Virus record (IMG/VR): IMGVR_UViG_3300033064_001806
Coordinates: 46,364 to 110,363 of that record
From: a virus
Length of the DNA: 64,000 bases
Strand: one strand, 5' to 3'
This document shows, one piece after another, positions 27,553 through 36,923 of the stretch (positions within the stretch are counted from its first letter, which is position 1; each line of letters opens with the position of its first letter). The position numbers and the translations under genes were made by a program. The notes beneath the pieces were generated by a model. It was not told the origin of the DNA and ran no database searches. It saw nothing but the letters and a program-made list of their open reading frames with translations.

Positions 27553-28632
27553 ATGAGACCTAACGGCGATAGTTTAAGTAAATTTTTTGATGTTGATCAG
27601 CTAGAAGTTCGTTTGTGGAAAGAAACAGGTGAATACTTTGCAGGTAAGAGAGAATTGGATGATACAATAGATTGTATCTTTCAGTATTACCGCAAACATG
27701 GTTATCCGTATATGAAAATCACCGAACAAGAAAAACATGAACACATGAGAAAACTTCAACAATTTAATTATGATTCTATTTTCAAAGACGGTGATATAAT
27801 TCAAACTATGAACGGACTTCGTTTGGCATGGTCTTACTTTCCACATGGAATGGAAATCAAGTGTGGTAATTCTAAAATGTCTCCTATGGATAATTTTTTA
27901 AATGACCAAACATTCAAAATGACTATTCGTAAATGTTTGAAGTGGTTGTGGAAACATTTGGGTGGTTCTTTTCAAGAGAATCGTCTTCGTCAATCACTTA
28001 AAATATATTCCGGTGTTCAAGGTGTTTCTAATTTCAGACCAACTGCTGCAGGTGCTATTTATAAAAGATTTGGTGGTGATGGTGTGATGTGGGATATGTC
28101 TTGTGGTTGGGGTGGTAGATTAGTCGGTGCACTTGCTTCACCGTATATCAAAACTTATATCGGAACAGAACCATCTACCAAAACATTTGAAGGTCTATGT
28201 AAACTTCGTGATGACTTTGCGTATCTTGGGAAAGATATTCAATTGAATATGATGGGTTCAGAAGATTATCTACCAGAAAAAGAAAGTTTAGATTTATGTT
28301 TCACTTCACCTCCGTATTTTGATACAGAAAAGTATGCAGATGAAGAAACTCAATCGTATAATAAGTTTTCAACTCGTGATACTTGGGGTTCTGGTTTCTT
28401 ACAAGAAACATTTAAGAATTGTTTTCATGGATTAAAACCGCATGGTTATATGTTGATAAACATTTCAAATACACCAAAGTATAAAGACTTGGAAGAAATG
28501 ACAATTCATTATGCAAAAGAAGTGGGTTTCATATATGAAGGTAAAATTAATCTAATTCTATCATCAGTTATGGGTGCTGGGTATAAAAGAGAACCTGCAT
28601 TTATTTTTATAAAACCCTTGGCAGTCTCATAA
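27553..28632 (+). CDS. amino-group (N4-C/N6-A) DNA methyltransferase
   Basis: 'SNFRPT', 'WDMSCGWGGR', 'GTEP', 'FTSPPYF'. Confidence 0.82.
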   Translation: MRPNGDSLSKFFDVDQLEVRLWKETGEYFAGKRELDDTIDCIFQYYRKHGYPYMKITEQEKHEHMRKLQQFNYDSIFKDGDIIQTMNGLRLAWSYFPHGMEIKCGNSKMSPMDNFLNDQTFKMTIRKCLKWLWKHLGGSFQENRLRQSLKIYSGVQGVSNFRPTAAGAIYKRFGGDGVMWDMSCGWGGRLVGALASPYIKTYIGTEPSTKTFEGLCKLRDDFAYLGKDIQLNMMGSEDYLPEKESLDLCFTSPPYFDTEKYADEETQSYNKFSTRDTWGSGFLQETFKNCFHGLKPHGYMLINISNTPKYKDLEEMTIHYAKEVGFIYEGKINLILSSVMGAGYKREPAFIFIKPLAVS

Positions 28633-28640
28633 AAAATTTG

Positions 28641-28648
28641 TATATTTG
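28641..28648 (+). promoter_or_regulatory. -7 promoter element TATATTTG
   Basis: Intergenic, upstream of clamp loader. Confidence 0.55.
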
Positions 28649-28677
28649 TACTATAATATAAATCACAAGGTTATAAT

Positions 28678-29622
28678 ATGTTTAATGCAACTCACACAAT
28701 TTGGAACGAAAAGTATCGTCCACAGACACTTGACACGTATGTAGGTAACGAAACTATCAAGACAACATTTAAACAATACATAGAAAACAATGATGTACCT
28801 CACTTATTGTTGTATGGCGATGCTGGTAGTGGTAAAACAACACTCGCTAAGATTGTTGCGAACTCTATCGCAAAAGATAATTATATTTACATTAATGCGT
28901 CAGACGAAAACTCCGTAGATACTGTTCGTGATAAAATCAAACAGTTTGCTTCTTCAATTGGATTTGGTGGATTGAAATTGATTATACTTGATGAAAGTGA
29001 TTATCTTACACCCAGTGCTCAAGCAGCACTTCGTAATGTAATTGAAACATTCAGTAAAACTACTCGTTTCATTTTAACGTGTAACTATGTTGAAAAGATT
29101 ATTGACCCGATTCAATCTCGTTGTCAAATCTTTAACATAGTACCACCATCAAAGAAAGAAGTTGCACAACACATCGTAAGCATTTTGGAGAGCGAGAAAG
29201 TTACATACAACAAAGAACACCTTGTTAGTATTATCAATTCAAACTATCCTGATATTCGTAGAGTTATTAATACAACTCAACGATGCGTAATCGATGGTAA
29301 ACTGAAATTAGATGAATCAACATTAGTGGAAACTAATTACTTTTCAACTATTGTTGATTTACTGAAATCAAATAAAAACAAAAAAGAGAAGTTTGAAGGT
29401 ATTCGTCAGATACTTGCAGATAATCATGCGAGAGATTTTAATCAACTGTTTCGTTATCTCTATGATAATGTAGATAGTTACGCAAGCGGTTTTGTATCAA
29501 CTATTATTTTAATCATCGCAGAAACACAATATAAAGATAGTTTTGTGGTTGACCACGAAATAAATGCAATGGCAATGTTTATTCAAATTATTATGGAAAT
29601 TGAACAAAGGAGGAAAGGATGA
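28678..29622 (+). CDS. clamp loader AAA+ subunit (gp44 / RFC-small-like)
   Basis: 'WNEKYRP', 'GDAGSGKT', 'NASD', 'LDESD', 'SRC'. Confidence 0.93.
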   Translation: MFNATHTIWNEKYRPQTLDTYVGNETIKTTFKQYIENNDVPHLLLYGDAGSGKTTLAKIVANSIAKDNYIYINASDENSVDTVRDKIKQFASSIGFGGLKLIILDESDYLTPSAQAALRNVIETFSKTTRFILTCNYVEKIIDPIQSRCQIFNIVPPSKKEVAQHIVSILESEKVTYNKEHLVSIINSNYPDIRRVINTTQRCVIDGKLKLDESTLVETNYFSTIVDLLKSNKNKKEKFEGIRQILADNHARDFNQLFRYLYDNVDSYASGFVSTIILIIAETQYKDSFVVDHEINAMAMFIQIIMEIEQRRKG

Positions 29623-29888
29623 GTGTATTTGATATTAATGGAGGTGGGCAACCACCAGGGCAAGAACAACAAAGAATTAATGTTGACTTAAATCAAGCAA
29701 GTGATATTGTTTGTTCTAATTGTGGCGGGAAGTTTTTTCATGCAGTAACATTCTTTAAGAAGATTTCTGCATTACTTTCACCAACTGGACAAGAAGGAAT
29801 TATTCCAATTCCAACATATGCTTGTCTTGAGTGTGGAAATATTAATGAAGAATTTTTACCATCAAAAAGACAACAACTAAACGATTAA
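29619..29888 (+). CDS. zinc-ribbon hypothetical protein
   Basis: CSNC...CLECG. Confidence 0.65.
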   Translation: MSVFDINGGGQPPGQEQQRINVDLNQASDIVCSNCGGKFFHAVTFFKKISALLSPTGQEGIIPIPTYACLECGNINEEFLPSKRQQLND

Positions 29889-29901
29889 TAGGATTTCAAT
29901 A

Positions 29902-30357
29902 ATGTCTGCTAAGAATATATTCGACCATTTAAAAGGTGTTACACTTCGTAAGACAAAGTGGGAAGACTTATCTGAAGAAGATAAGAAGAGTTGGAGTAAT
30001 TATATGATTTCACGTTTCTTCTCTATGGAGCCGGAACTTGTGGAAGTTATAAATGAATTTCAAAAATACTCGAACGGAATATTATCATCAGAAGATTATT
30101 ATAAACTATTATCGGATACTCTACCAAAGCATTCGTTCTTTCTAAAATATGTTAAAGCTAAGAATAGAGTTAACATAGAACCAGAAATGATTACTTTATT
30201 TTGTAACCATTTTCAACTTGGAAAGAGCGAAGTGTTTGAGTATATTCGTTTTCTGAAAACTACTAATCCAACTGAACTTACTACTATACTAAAGAAGTAC
30301 GGTACTAAAGAAGACGCAATAAAAGATTTTGAAAAGAAATTGAAGACTATAAAATGA
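29902..30357 (+). CDS. clamp loader small subunit (gp62-like)
   Basis: 'NYMISRFFS', 'LPK..FFLKYVK'; located near the AAA+ subunit. Confidence 0.65.
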   Translation: MSAKNIFDHLKGVTLRKTKWEDLSEEDKKSWSNYMISRFFSMEPELVEVINEFQKYSNGILSSEDYYKLLSDTLPKHSFFLKYVKAKNRVNIEPEMITLFCNHFQLGKSEVFEYIRFLKTTNPTELTTILKKYGTKEDAIKDFEKKLKTIK

Positions 30358-30737
30358 GGAATAAAATGTCAATTAAAGAAATAGACTTAGGTAGAAAACA
30401 AAATAGTGTTGTTTCTGAAATGGAAGAAAAGTTTCCTACTATGACTAAAGAATTTAAACGTATTCAACAAGAACAGTACGAACTATTCTGTGCAAAACAA
30501 AAAAACTATGGTCCAGATAATATATCAATGGGTACAACATTAGAAAGAGAGGAAGACAGAAAACTTTCTTTACAAGGTTTATTCTTTCGTATTAACGATA
30601 AAATAAACAGATACAAACAAATGATTATGTTTGGTTCACAAGATGCAGTTGGTGAATCCTTATATGACACATTCAAAGATATTTCTGTTTATGGAATTAT
30701 CGCACAACTTGTTCAATCTGGTAAATGGGGGAAATAA
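30354..30737 (+). CDS. nucleotide modification associated domain protein (DUF1599/Nmad1-like, MazG-like fold)
   Basis: 'KQKNYG', 'RINDKINR', 'ESLYDTFKDISVYGII'. Confidence 0.7.
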   Translation: MRNKMSIKEIDLGRKQNSVVSEMEEKFPTMTKEFKRIQQEQYELFCAKQKNYGPDNISMGTTLEREEDRKLSLQGLFFRINDKINRYKQMIMFGSQDAVGESLYDTFKDISVYGIIAQLVQSGKWGK

Positions 30738-31894
30738 TGAGTACATATATATGGACTTCGGAATATGTAAGTGAAGGTCATCCTGATAAAATAGCTGACC
30801 AAATTTCAGATGCAATTCTTGATTGGTATTTACAAAGAGATCCAGACGCAAAGGTTGCGTGTGAGGTTATGGTAAAGGATAGTGATGTTTATGTTTCTGG
30901 TGAAATAAAATCAACGGTTGATAAAGATAAAAGAACTTTAGAATTATCACTAACTAGATTAATTAAAGGACTTATAAAAGACATTGGCTATACAATAGAA
31001 GAATCACCATTCTTCAATTCAGAGTATTGCCGTATTCACTTTAATATATCAACTCAATCATCAGAGATTAATCAAGCGGTTGATAAAGGTGATGTTGTTA
31101 CAGCAGGAGACCAAGGTATTATGTTTGGTTACGCTACTCGTGAAACTCCAACATATATGCCGATAGCAATTTACTTGGCTAAAAAACTAATTGACGTTGC
31201 AACAGATATTAGAAAAAAAGGTAGTAAATTAGGTCATGTACAGAAACTTCGTCCCGATATGAAGAGTCAAGTGTCTGTTACGTATAAAGATAATAAAGCA
31301 GTAGGTATTCATTCTGTTGTATTTTCAACTTGTCATTCTGAAATGATTTCACTTGAACAACTTAGAAAGTATTTCCATTCTGATATTTTACCAACGGTAT
31401 TAGAAAGTATTCCAGAAGAACTTGCGGAACTATTTACAGATAAAACTGTTTACCATATAAATCCAGCAGGTGAATGGAATGTTGGTGGTCCAGTTTCTGA
31501 TTGTGGATTAACAGGTAGAAAGATTGTAGTTGATCAATACGGTGCTGATTGTGAAATTGGCGGTGGCGCTTTCTCTGGCAAAGACCCAAGTAAAGTTGAT
31601 AGAAGTGCAGCGTATATGGCTCGTCATATCGCTATAACAACACTTCATGAAAATGAAGAAGCAAATAAAATTAAAGTTCAATTGGCATATGCAATCGGTG
31701 AAGAGTTTCCTGTTTCATATCGTATATTTGATCCAACAACTTGCAAAGAATATGGACTTGGTAAATTTACTCACGCTGATTTAACTCCAAGTAGAATCAT
31801 TGAAAGATTAAAATTAAAAACTCCTATTTATTTACAAACTGCCAAGTATGGTCATTTTGGAAATAAAGATTTAGAATGGGAGAAAATTGGATGA
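30737..31894 (+). CDS. metK: S-adenosylmethionine synthetase
   Basis: 'SEYVSEGHPDKIADQISDAILD', 'AGDQGIMFG', 'GLTGRK', 'GGGAFSGKDPSKVDRS', 'YGHFG'. Confidence 0.96.
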   Translation: MSTYIWTSEYVSEGHPDKIADQISDAILDWYLQRDPDAKVACEVMVKDSDVYVSGEIKSTVDKDKRTLELSLTRLIKGLIKDIGYTIEESPFFNSEYCRIHFNISTQSSEINQAVDKGDVVTAGDQGIMFGYATRETPTYMPIAIYLAKKLIDVATDIRKKGSKLGHVQKLRPDMKSQVSVTYKDNKAVGIHSVVFSTCHSEMISLEQLRKYFHSDILPTVLESIPEELAELFTDKTVYHINPAGEWNVGGPVSDCGLTGRKIVVDQYGADCEIGGGAFSGKDPSKVDRSAAYMARHIAITTLHENEEANKIKVQLAYAIGEEFPVSYRIFDPTTCKEYGLGKFTHADLTPSRIIERLKLKTPIYLQTAKYGHFGNKDLEWEKIG

Positions 31895-32382
31895 AACTAA
31901 AAGACTTGATAATGGAAGCATTTACTCTTAGTGGTAGAGTTATGTTATATCACTTTTCAAAAGAAGATTTAGGAAATGTAGCAGTTCTCGATCCGGCATT
32001 ATCAAGTCAACGTCCATCTTCTTGGTCACGTAACGATTATAAATTATCGAAAGTACCAAGAGTATTTTACTATACAGACTTAACAAAAGTTGAGCATATG
32101 GTTAAAACTAATAATTTATATGCAGCAGAATATGATGGTACTAAAATACTAAACGTATCGCAGGTATTGAAGGAGTATCAAACAAATCCAGATTCACTTG
32201 CTATCAAAAATCCAAACGCTTTCAAAATAATGCAATCGTCCGTAAACCAATATGGTGTATTAGATTACGATGCTATGTTAAGAACAGCCGGCCAATTCTT
32301 TAGTGGTGTATTCTACGATACTGGTAACTTACCAATTGTCAATTTATTCGTACCATTAAGGGCAAAAAAACAAAATGTCTGA
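31891..32382 (+). CDS. leader-tagged protein, possible ADP-ribosyltransferase-like fold
   Basis: MKLKDLIME leader; 'LYHFS...LDP...RVFYY' strand pattern. Confidence 0.45.
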   Translation: MKLKDLIMEAFTLSGRVMLYHFSKEDLGNVAVLDPALSSQRPSSWSRNDYKLSKVPRVFYYTDLTKVEHMVKTNNLYAAEYDGTKILNVSQVLKEYQTNPDSLAIKNPNAFKIMQSSVNQYGVLDYDAMLRTAGQFFSGVFYDTGNLPIVNLFVPLRAKKQNV

Positions 32383-33286
32383 TAAAAAAATATCATTTTC
32401 ACAATATCAAATGTGGAAAGGTTGTTCTCACCGATGGAAACTTGTTTACAAAGATAAGGTTGGTATTTTTACCCCAAACATAGCAATGTTGTTTGGAACG
32501 GTAATGCATGAAGTTCTACAAGAATATGTAAAGACTATATATGAAAAGTCAATAAATGAAGCTAATGCCTTAGAATTAGATACTATGCTTCAGAATGGTT
32601 TGAAGGAACATTATAAAAAAATACTTACTGAAACAAATGGTGTACATTTCTCAAATCAAAATGAACTTGCTGAGTATTGTAATGATGGTATTGAAATTCT
32701 AAAATGGTTCAAGGCACATAGAGCAGACTTCTTCTTAAAGAAAGATTATGAGTTAGTTGGAATAGAATTACCTATTAATATAATTCCACTTGAAACTCAT
32801 TCAACTGTAAGACTTGTTGGATTTTTGGATTTGGTAATAAAGAATACAAAAACAGATGAGATTTATATTTACGATTTCAAAACAAGTACTGGTGGATGGG
32901 GTAAATATCAAAAGAATGATAAAGCAAAAGTATCGCAACTTGTTTTGTATAAAACATATTACGCAAAACAATACAATGTTAGTCCAGAAAATATTCACAT
33001 TGAATATCTTATTCTAAGAAGAAAGATACGGGAAGATGCTGAATATGAAGTAATGAAAAAAAGAGTTCAACGATTTGAACCATCGCACGGAAAAGTTTCT
33101 CAGAATCAAATTCAAAAAGAAATACACGAATTTATAACCACCAACTTTACAGAAGACGGTGAATTTAAGTTAGATGTTGTTTATACACCAGAAGGTGGTA
33201 ATGACTATTATAATTGTAAATTTTGTGATTTCAACAAGTCTGAAGAACTATGTCCAAAAGAAAAAAGAAATACCCTACCGTTCTAA
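32375..33286 (+). CDS. PD-(D/E)XK exonuclease with Fe-S staple (Cas4/AddB-like)
   Basis: 'SFSQ...C', 'GTVMH', 'GFLDL', 'DFKT', 'QL..Y', C-terminal 'CKFC.....C'. Confidence 0.85.
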   Translation: MSDKKISFSQYQMWKGCSHRWKLVYKDKVGIFTPNIAMLFGTVMHEVLQEYVKTIYEKSINEANALELDTMLQNGLKEHYKKILTETNGVHFSNQNELAEYCNDGIEILKWFKAHRADFFLKKDYELVGIELPINIIPLETHSTVRLVGFLDLVIKNTKTDEIYIYDFKTSTGGWGKYQKNDKAKVSQLVLYKTYYAKQYNVSPENIHIEYLILRRKIREDAEYEVMKKRVQRFEPSHGKVSQNQIQKEIHEFITTNFTEDGEFKLDVVYTPEGGNDYYNCKFCDFNKSEELCPKEKRNTLPF

Positions 33287-33290
33287 AATA

Positions 33291-33320
33291 TTTTCTACTA
33301 TTTTCTACTGTTTTCTATAA
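33291..33320. repeat. three tandem 10-mers TTTTCTA(CTA/CTG/TAA)
   Basis: ttttctacta ttttctactg ttttctataa, directly upstream of ATACTTAT and an RHH-like gene. Confidence 0.7.
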
Positions 33321-33371
33321 TTAGTACATACTTATGTATGTATGGAATTCATATAAACATTGGAGAAAATC

Positions 33372-33530
33372 GTGGATGAAAAATCAAAATATTCAAGTAT
33401 TCAAATTAGAATGCGAATAAAAGAAGAAATGTTAAATTACTGTAACAGTAATGGATACAAAGTTAGTGGTCTTTTAGAAAAACTAATTCAGAATCACCTA
33501 TCGGGAAGTTACGTTACGAATACTATATAA
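33372..33530 (+). CDS. small ribbon-helix-helix-like DNA-binding protein; not in the ORF track
   Basis: GTG start with GGAG RBS: MDEKSKYSSIQIRMRIKEEMLNYCNSNGYKVSGLLEKLIQNHL... Confidence 0.6.
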   Translation: MDEKSKYSSIQIRMRIKEEMLNYCNSNGYKVSGLLEKLIQNHLSGSYVTNTI

Positions 33531-33555
33531 GTATATTATTAATAAAAGGTTATGT

Positions 33556-34986
33556 ATGGCAAAGAAAAAGATACTATTATTATCAGATGATTTAAGATTA
33601 ACATCTGGAATTGCAACTGTGTCTCGTGATTTAGTTCTCGGCACAGTAAGAGATTTTGATTGGGTGCAAGTTGGTGCAGCAATTAATCATCCAGATAAAG
33701 GTAAAATATTTGATTTATCACAAGATGCTAAAGAACGAAGCGGTGATGATACGGCAAATATAAAAATATATTGTAACGATGGATATGGTGATCCATTTCT
33801 TATTCGTAGAATAATGGATGCGGAAAAACCAGACGCTATATTACATTTTACAGACCCAAGATTTTGGGGATGGTTATATAACATGGAACATGAGATTCGT
33901 AAAAAAATGCCGTTGATGTATTTGAATATATGGGACGGTGCAGGATTGGTTGGTGATACAGCAACAGACCCTATGTGGAATAAAGAAGCGTATGCTAGTT
34001 GTGATTTATTACTGGCAATTTCAAAACAAACATACGGTATTAATTACAGAGTGTTGAAAAAATTCGGTGAAGAAGTTCCAAAGCATAGAATAACTTATAT
34101 TCCGCATGGAATAGATACTGATATATTTTATCCTATAAATGAAGCATCAACCGATAATCAATGGAATGAATTACAAGAAGAACGTAATAAACTTCGTAAT
34201 GGCAATGATGATAAGTTCGTTGTTATGTGGAACAACCGAAACATTCACCGTAAGCATCCAGGTGATGTTGTTCTTGCTTATAAACATTTCTGTCAACTTG
34301 TAGATAAAAACGGTGGGAATGCTGCAGAAGATTGTGTATTACTAATGCACACCCAACCCATGGATCCAAATGGAACAGACTTAGTTGCTTTAGTTGGTGA
34401 ACTTTGTGGTGAGTATACTGTTTTATTTGACGATAAAATAGTTCCATCTACAAAATTAAATGTTCTATATAATGCAGTTGATGTTGTTCTTAACATGGCT
34501 TCAAATGAAGGTTTTGGTTTAGGAACAGCAGAAGCACTTGCAGCAGGTACTCCGATTGTAGTAAACGTTACCGGTGGGTTACAAGACCAATGTGGTTTTA
34601 TAAATCCAACAACTGGTAAATACTTTACAGAAGATGATTATTTGAAAATACATACACTCCATAGAAAAGATGAATGGGGACATTTAGAACATGGTGAGTG
34701 GGTCAAACCAGTTTGGCCATCAAACATTTCATTACAAGGTTCAGTACCAACTCCTTATATTTTTGATGATAGAGCAGATTTTAGAGATATTGGAAAAGCG
34801 TTGTATGATTGGTACATAACTTCAAAGGAAGAAAGAACATTTGCAGGATTAAAGGGAAGAGAATTTATTATGAATGTAGAAGTTGGCATGTCAAGAAATA
34901 ATATGTGTGAGCGAATTTCAACAAGTATCAACGATACATTTGAAAATTTCGTACCACGAAAAAGTTTTGAATTACATTTAGTGTGA
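33556..34986 (+). CDS. glycosyltransferase (GT-B, GT4-like)
   Basis: 'LLSDD...SG', 'IPHGID', 'NRN..RK', 'SNEGFGLGTAEALAAGTP'. Confidence 0.88.
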   Translation: MAKKKILLLSDDLRLTSGIATVSRDLVLGTVRDFDWVQVGAAINHPDKGKIFDLSQDAKERSGDDTANIKIYCNDGYGDPFLIRRIMDAEKPDAILHFTDPRFWGWLYNMEHEIRKKMPLMYLNIWDGAGLVGDTATDPMWNKEAYASCDLLLAISKQTYGINYRVLKKFGEEVPKHRITYIPHGIDTDIFYPINEASTDNQWNELQEERNKLRNGNDDKFVVMWNNRNIHRKHPGDVVLAYKHFCQLVDKNGGNAAEDCVLLMHTQPMDPNGTDLVALVGELCGEYTVLFDDKIVPSTKLNVLYNAVDVVLNMASNEGFGLGTAEALAAGTPIVVNVTGGLQDQCGFINPTTGKYFTEDDYLKIHTLHRKDEWGHLEHGEWVKPVWPSNISLQGSVPTPYIFDDRADFRDIGKALYDWYITSKEERTFAGLKGREFIMNVEVGMSRNNMCERISTSINDTFENFVPRKSFELHLV

Positions 34987-34993
34987 GGAAATA

Positions 34994-36295
34994 ATGAGTT
35001 ATAGACCAAAATTAGCTTTTTGTGGACCAGTTACAACTATGAGTGGTTATGGTTCTCATGCGAGAGATTTACTTTTATCACTTATAGAAATGGATAAGTT
35101 TGATATACAAGTAATATCAATAAATTGGGGCGATACACCCATGGATGTATTGGATTCAGATAATGTAGATATGAAAAAAATTAAAGATTTAATAATTCCA
35201 GGTTTACAATCACAGCCAGACATTTGGATGCAATGCACTATTCCAAATGAATTCCAAGCAGTTGGTAAATATAATGTTGGAATTACAGCAGGTGTGGAGA
35301 CTGATGCTTGTTCTCCCGAGTGGGTTGATGGTTGTAATCGTATGAACTTGATTATTGTTCCATCCAAACACGCTAAGTGGGTATTTGATAATACTCAATA
35401 CGATAAAATGGATAAACAAACAAATCAGAAAATAGGAAGTCTTAAAATAACTACACCAGTTGAAGTCTTACATGAAGGTGTTAGAACTGATATATACAAC
35501 AAGGATAATACTTTAGAAAAAAATATAACAGAAGTATTAGATTTGATTCCAAACAATTTCGTATATTTGTTTGTTGGACATTGGCTTAAAGGAGACTTCG
35601 GTCAAGATAGAAAAGATATTTCTGGACTGATTTACACTTTCTGCGAAACATTTGGTGATACAGTAAATCCACCAGCACTTCTTTTGAAATGCACAAGTGG
35701 AACATTCTCTGTCTCGGATAGAAGTAGAGTAATGGATAAAATAAATCTTATTAAGCGAATGAGTAAAAAGAAAAATCTACCAGAGATTTATTTACTTCAC
35801 GGTGAATTAACTGATAATGAAATGAATTCTCTTTACAATCATAAGAAAGTAAAGACGATGGTTTCATTTACGAAGGGTGAAGGGTATGGTAGACCAATTG
35901 CAGAATTTATGGCGTCTGGTAAACCTATTATCGTTTCGGGTTGGAGTGGACACATGGATTTTATAAATGAGAAATCTCATATTCCATTAAAAGGCACTCT
36001 ATTAGAAGTTCATCCAAGTGCGGTTTGGGATACAATTATAAATAAAGGAACACGCTGGTTTACAGTAGATTATCAATCTGCAGCAGAAACTATGAATAAA
36101 GTTCATAAAAATTATAATAAATACTTACAAAATTCTAAAATAGGTATTCGTGAACTAAAAAGTATTTGGTCATATAGTTCTATGTGTAGAAAATTTGAAA
36201 CTATGTTAGATGAAAAACTACCAAAGTTTGCAGACAGAATTGCTCTTAGTTTACCTAAACTTAAAAAAATTAGTAGTCCAGGGGAAACTAAATGA
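34994..36295 (+). CDS. glycosyltransferase (GT-B, GT4-like)
   Basis: 'SGYG', 'DRK', 'KGEGYGRPIAEFMASGKPII'. Confidence 0.88.
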   Translation: MSYRPKLAFCGPVTTMSGYGSHARDLLLSLIEMDKFDIQVISINWGDTPMDVLDSDNVDMKKIKDLIIPGLQSQPDIWMQCTIPNEFQAVGKYNVGITAGVETDACSPEWVDGCNRMNLIIVPSKHAKWVFDNTQYDKMDKQTNQKIGSLKITTPVEVLHEGVRTDIYNKDNTLEKNITEVLDLIPNNFVYLFVGHWLKGDFGQDRKDISGLIYTFCETFGDTVNPPALLLKCTSGTFSVSDRSRVMDKINLIKRMSKKKNLPEIYLLHGELTDNEMNSLYNHKKVKTMVSFTKGEGYGRPIAEFMASGKPIIVSGWSGHMDFINEKSHIPLKGTLLEVHPSAVWDTIINKGTRWFTVDYQSAAETMNKVHKNYNKYLQNSKIGIRELKSIWSYSSMCRKFETMLDEKLPKFADRIALSLPKLKKISSPGETK

Positions 36296-36915
36296 TTTCG
36301 TACACTATTACTGCTTGTAATGAACACACTCAGTTAAATACTTTATTAAATTATCTTAGTTCAAGAATATCTAAAAATGATGAAATCGTGTTACAGATGG
36401 ATAGTTTATCTGTAACTAACGAAGTAATAGAAGTTGTTAACCAATGTAAAGGAAAGCTACAAAACTTAATCGTTGTTGAATTTCCATTAAACAATGACTT
36501 CTCTAGCTTCAAGAATAATTTGAAAAAGCATTGTACTAAAAAATGGATTTTCAATATTGATGCAGATGAAATACCAGCTGAAAATTTAATGGTAGATATA
36601 CATGAAATTCTAAACGAGAATCAAGAAGTTGATATGTTTTTAATTCCAAGATGGAATACTGTTGATGGTATAACTGAAGATCATATAAAGCAGTGGAACT
36701 GGAACTATGATAAAGAAGGTAGAGTTAATTGGCCAGATTTACAAACAAGAATTTATAAGAATAACGAATCTATTGTTTGGAAAAACAAAGTACATGAAAG
36801 GTTGAGTGGTTTTACTACGTATGCCGTTCTACCAGAAGAAATAGAATATTGTCTGTTCCATCCCAAAACGATAGAACGTCAAGAAAAACAAAATGAATTT
36901 TATAGTCAGATATAG
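36292..36915 (+). CDS. glycosyltransferase family 2
   Basis: 'ITACNE', 'WIFNIDADE', 'WPD.Q.R', 'VHE'. Confidence 0.85.
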   Translation: MISYTITACNEHTQLNTLLNYLSSRISKNDEIVLQMDSLSVTNEVIEVVNQCKGKLQNLIVVEFPLNNDFSSFKNNLKKHCTKKWIFNIDADEIPAENLMVDIHEILNENQEVDMFLIPRWNTVDGITEDHIKQWNWNYDKEGRVNWPDLQTRIYKNNESIVWKNKVHERLSGFTTYAVLPEEIEYCLFHPKTIERQEKQNEFYSQI

Positions 36916-36923
36916 GAATTGTT

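Noticed and set aside
32375-33286. Cas4 as part of a CRISPR system
   Set aside because: No repeat-spacer array or other cas genes seen; stand-alone Cas4-like nucleases are common in phages
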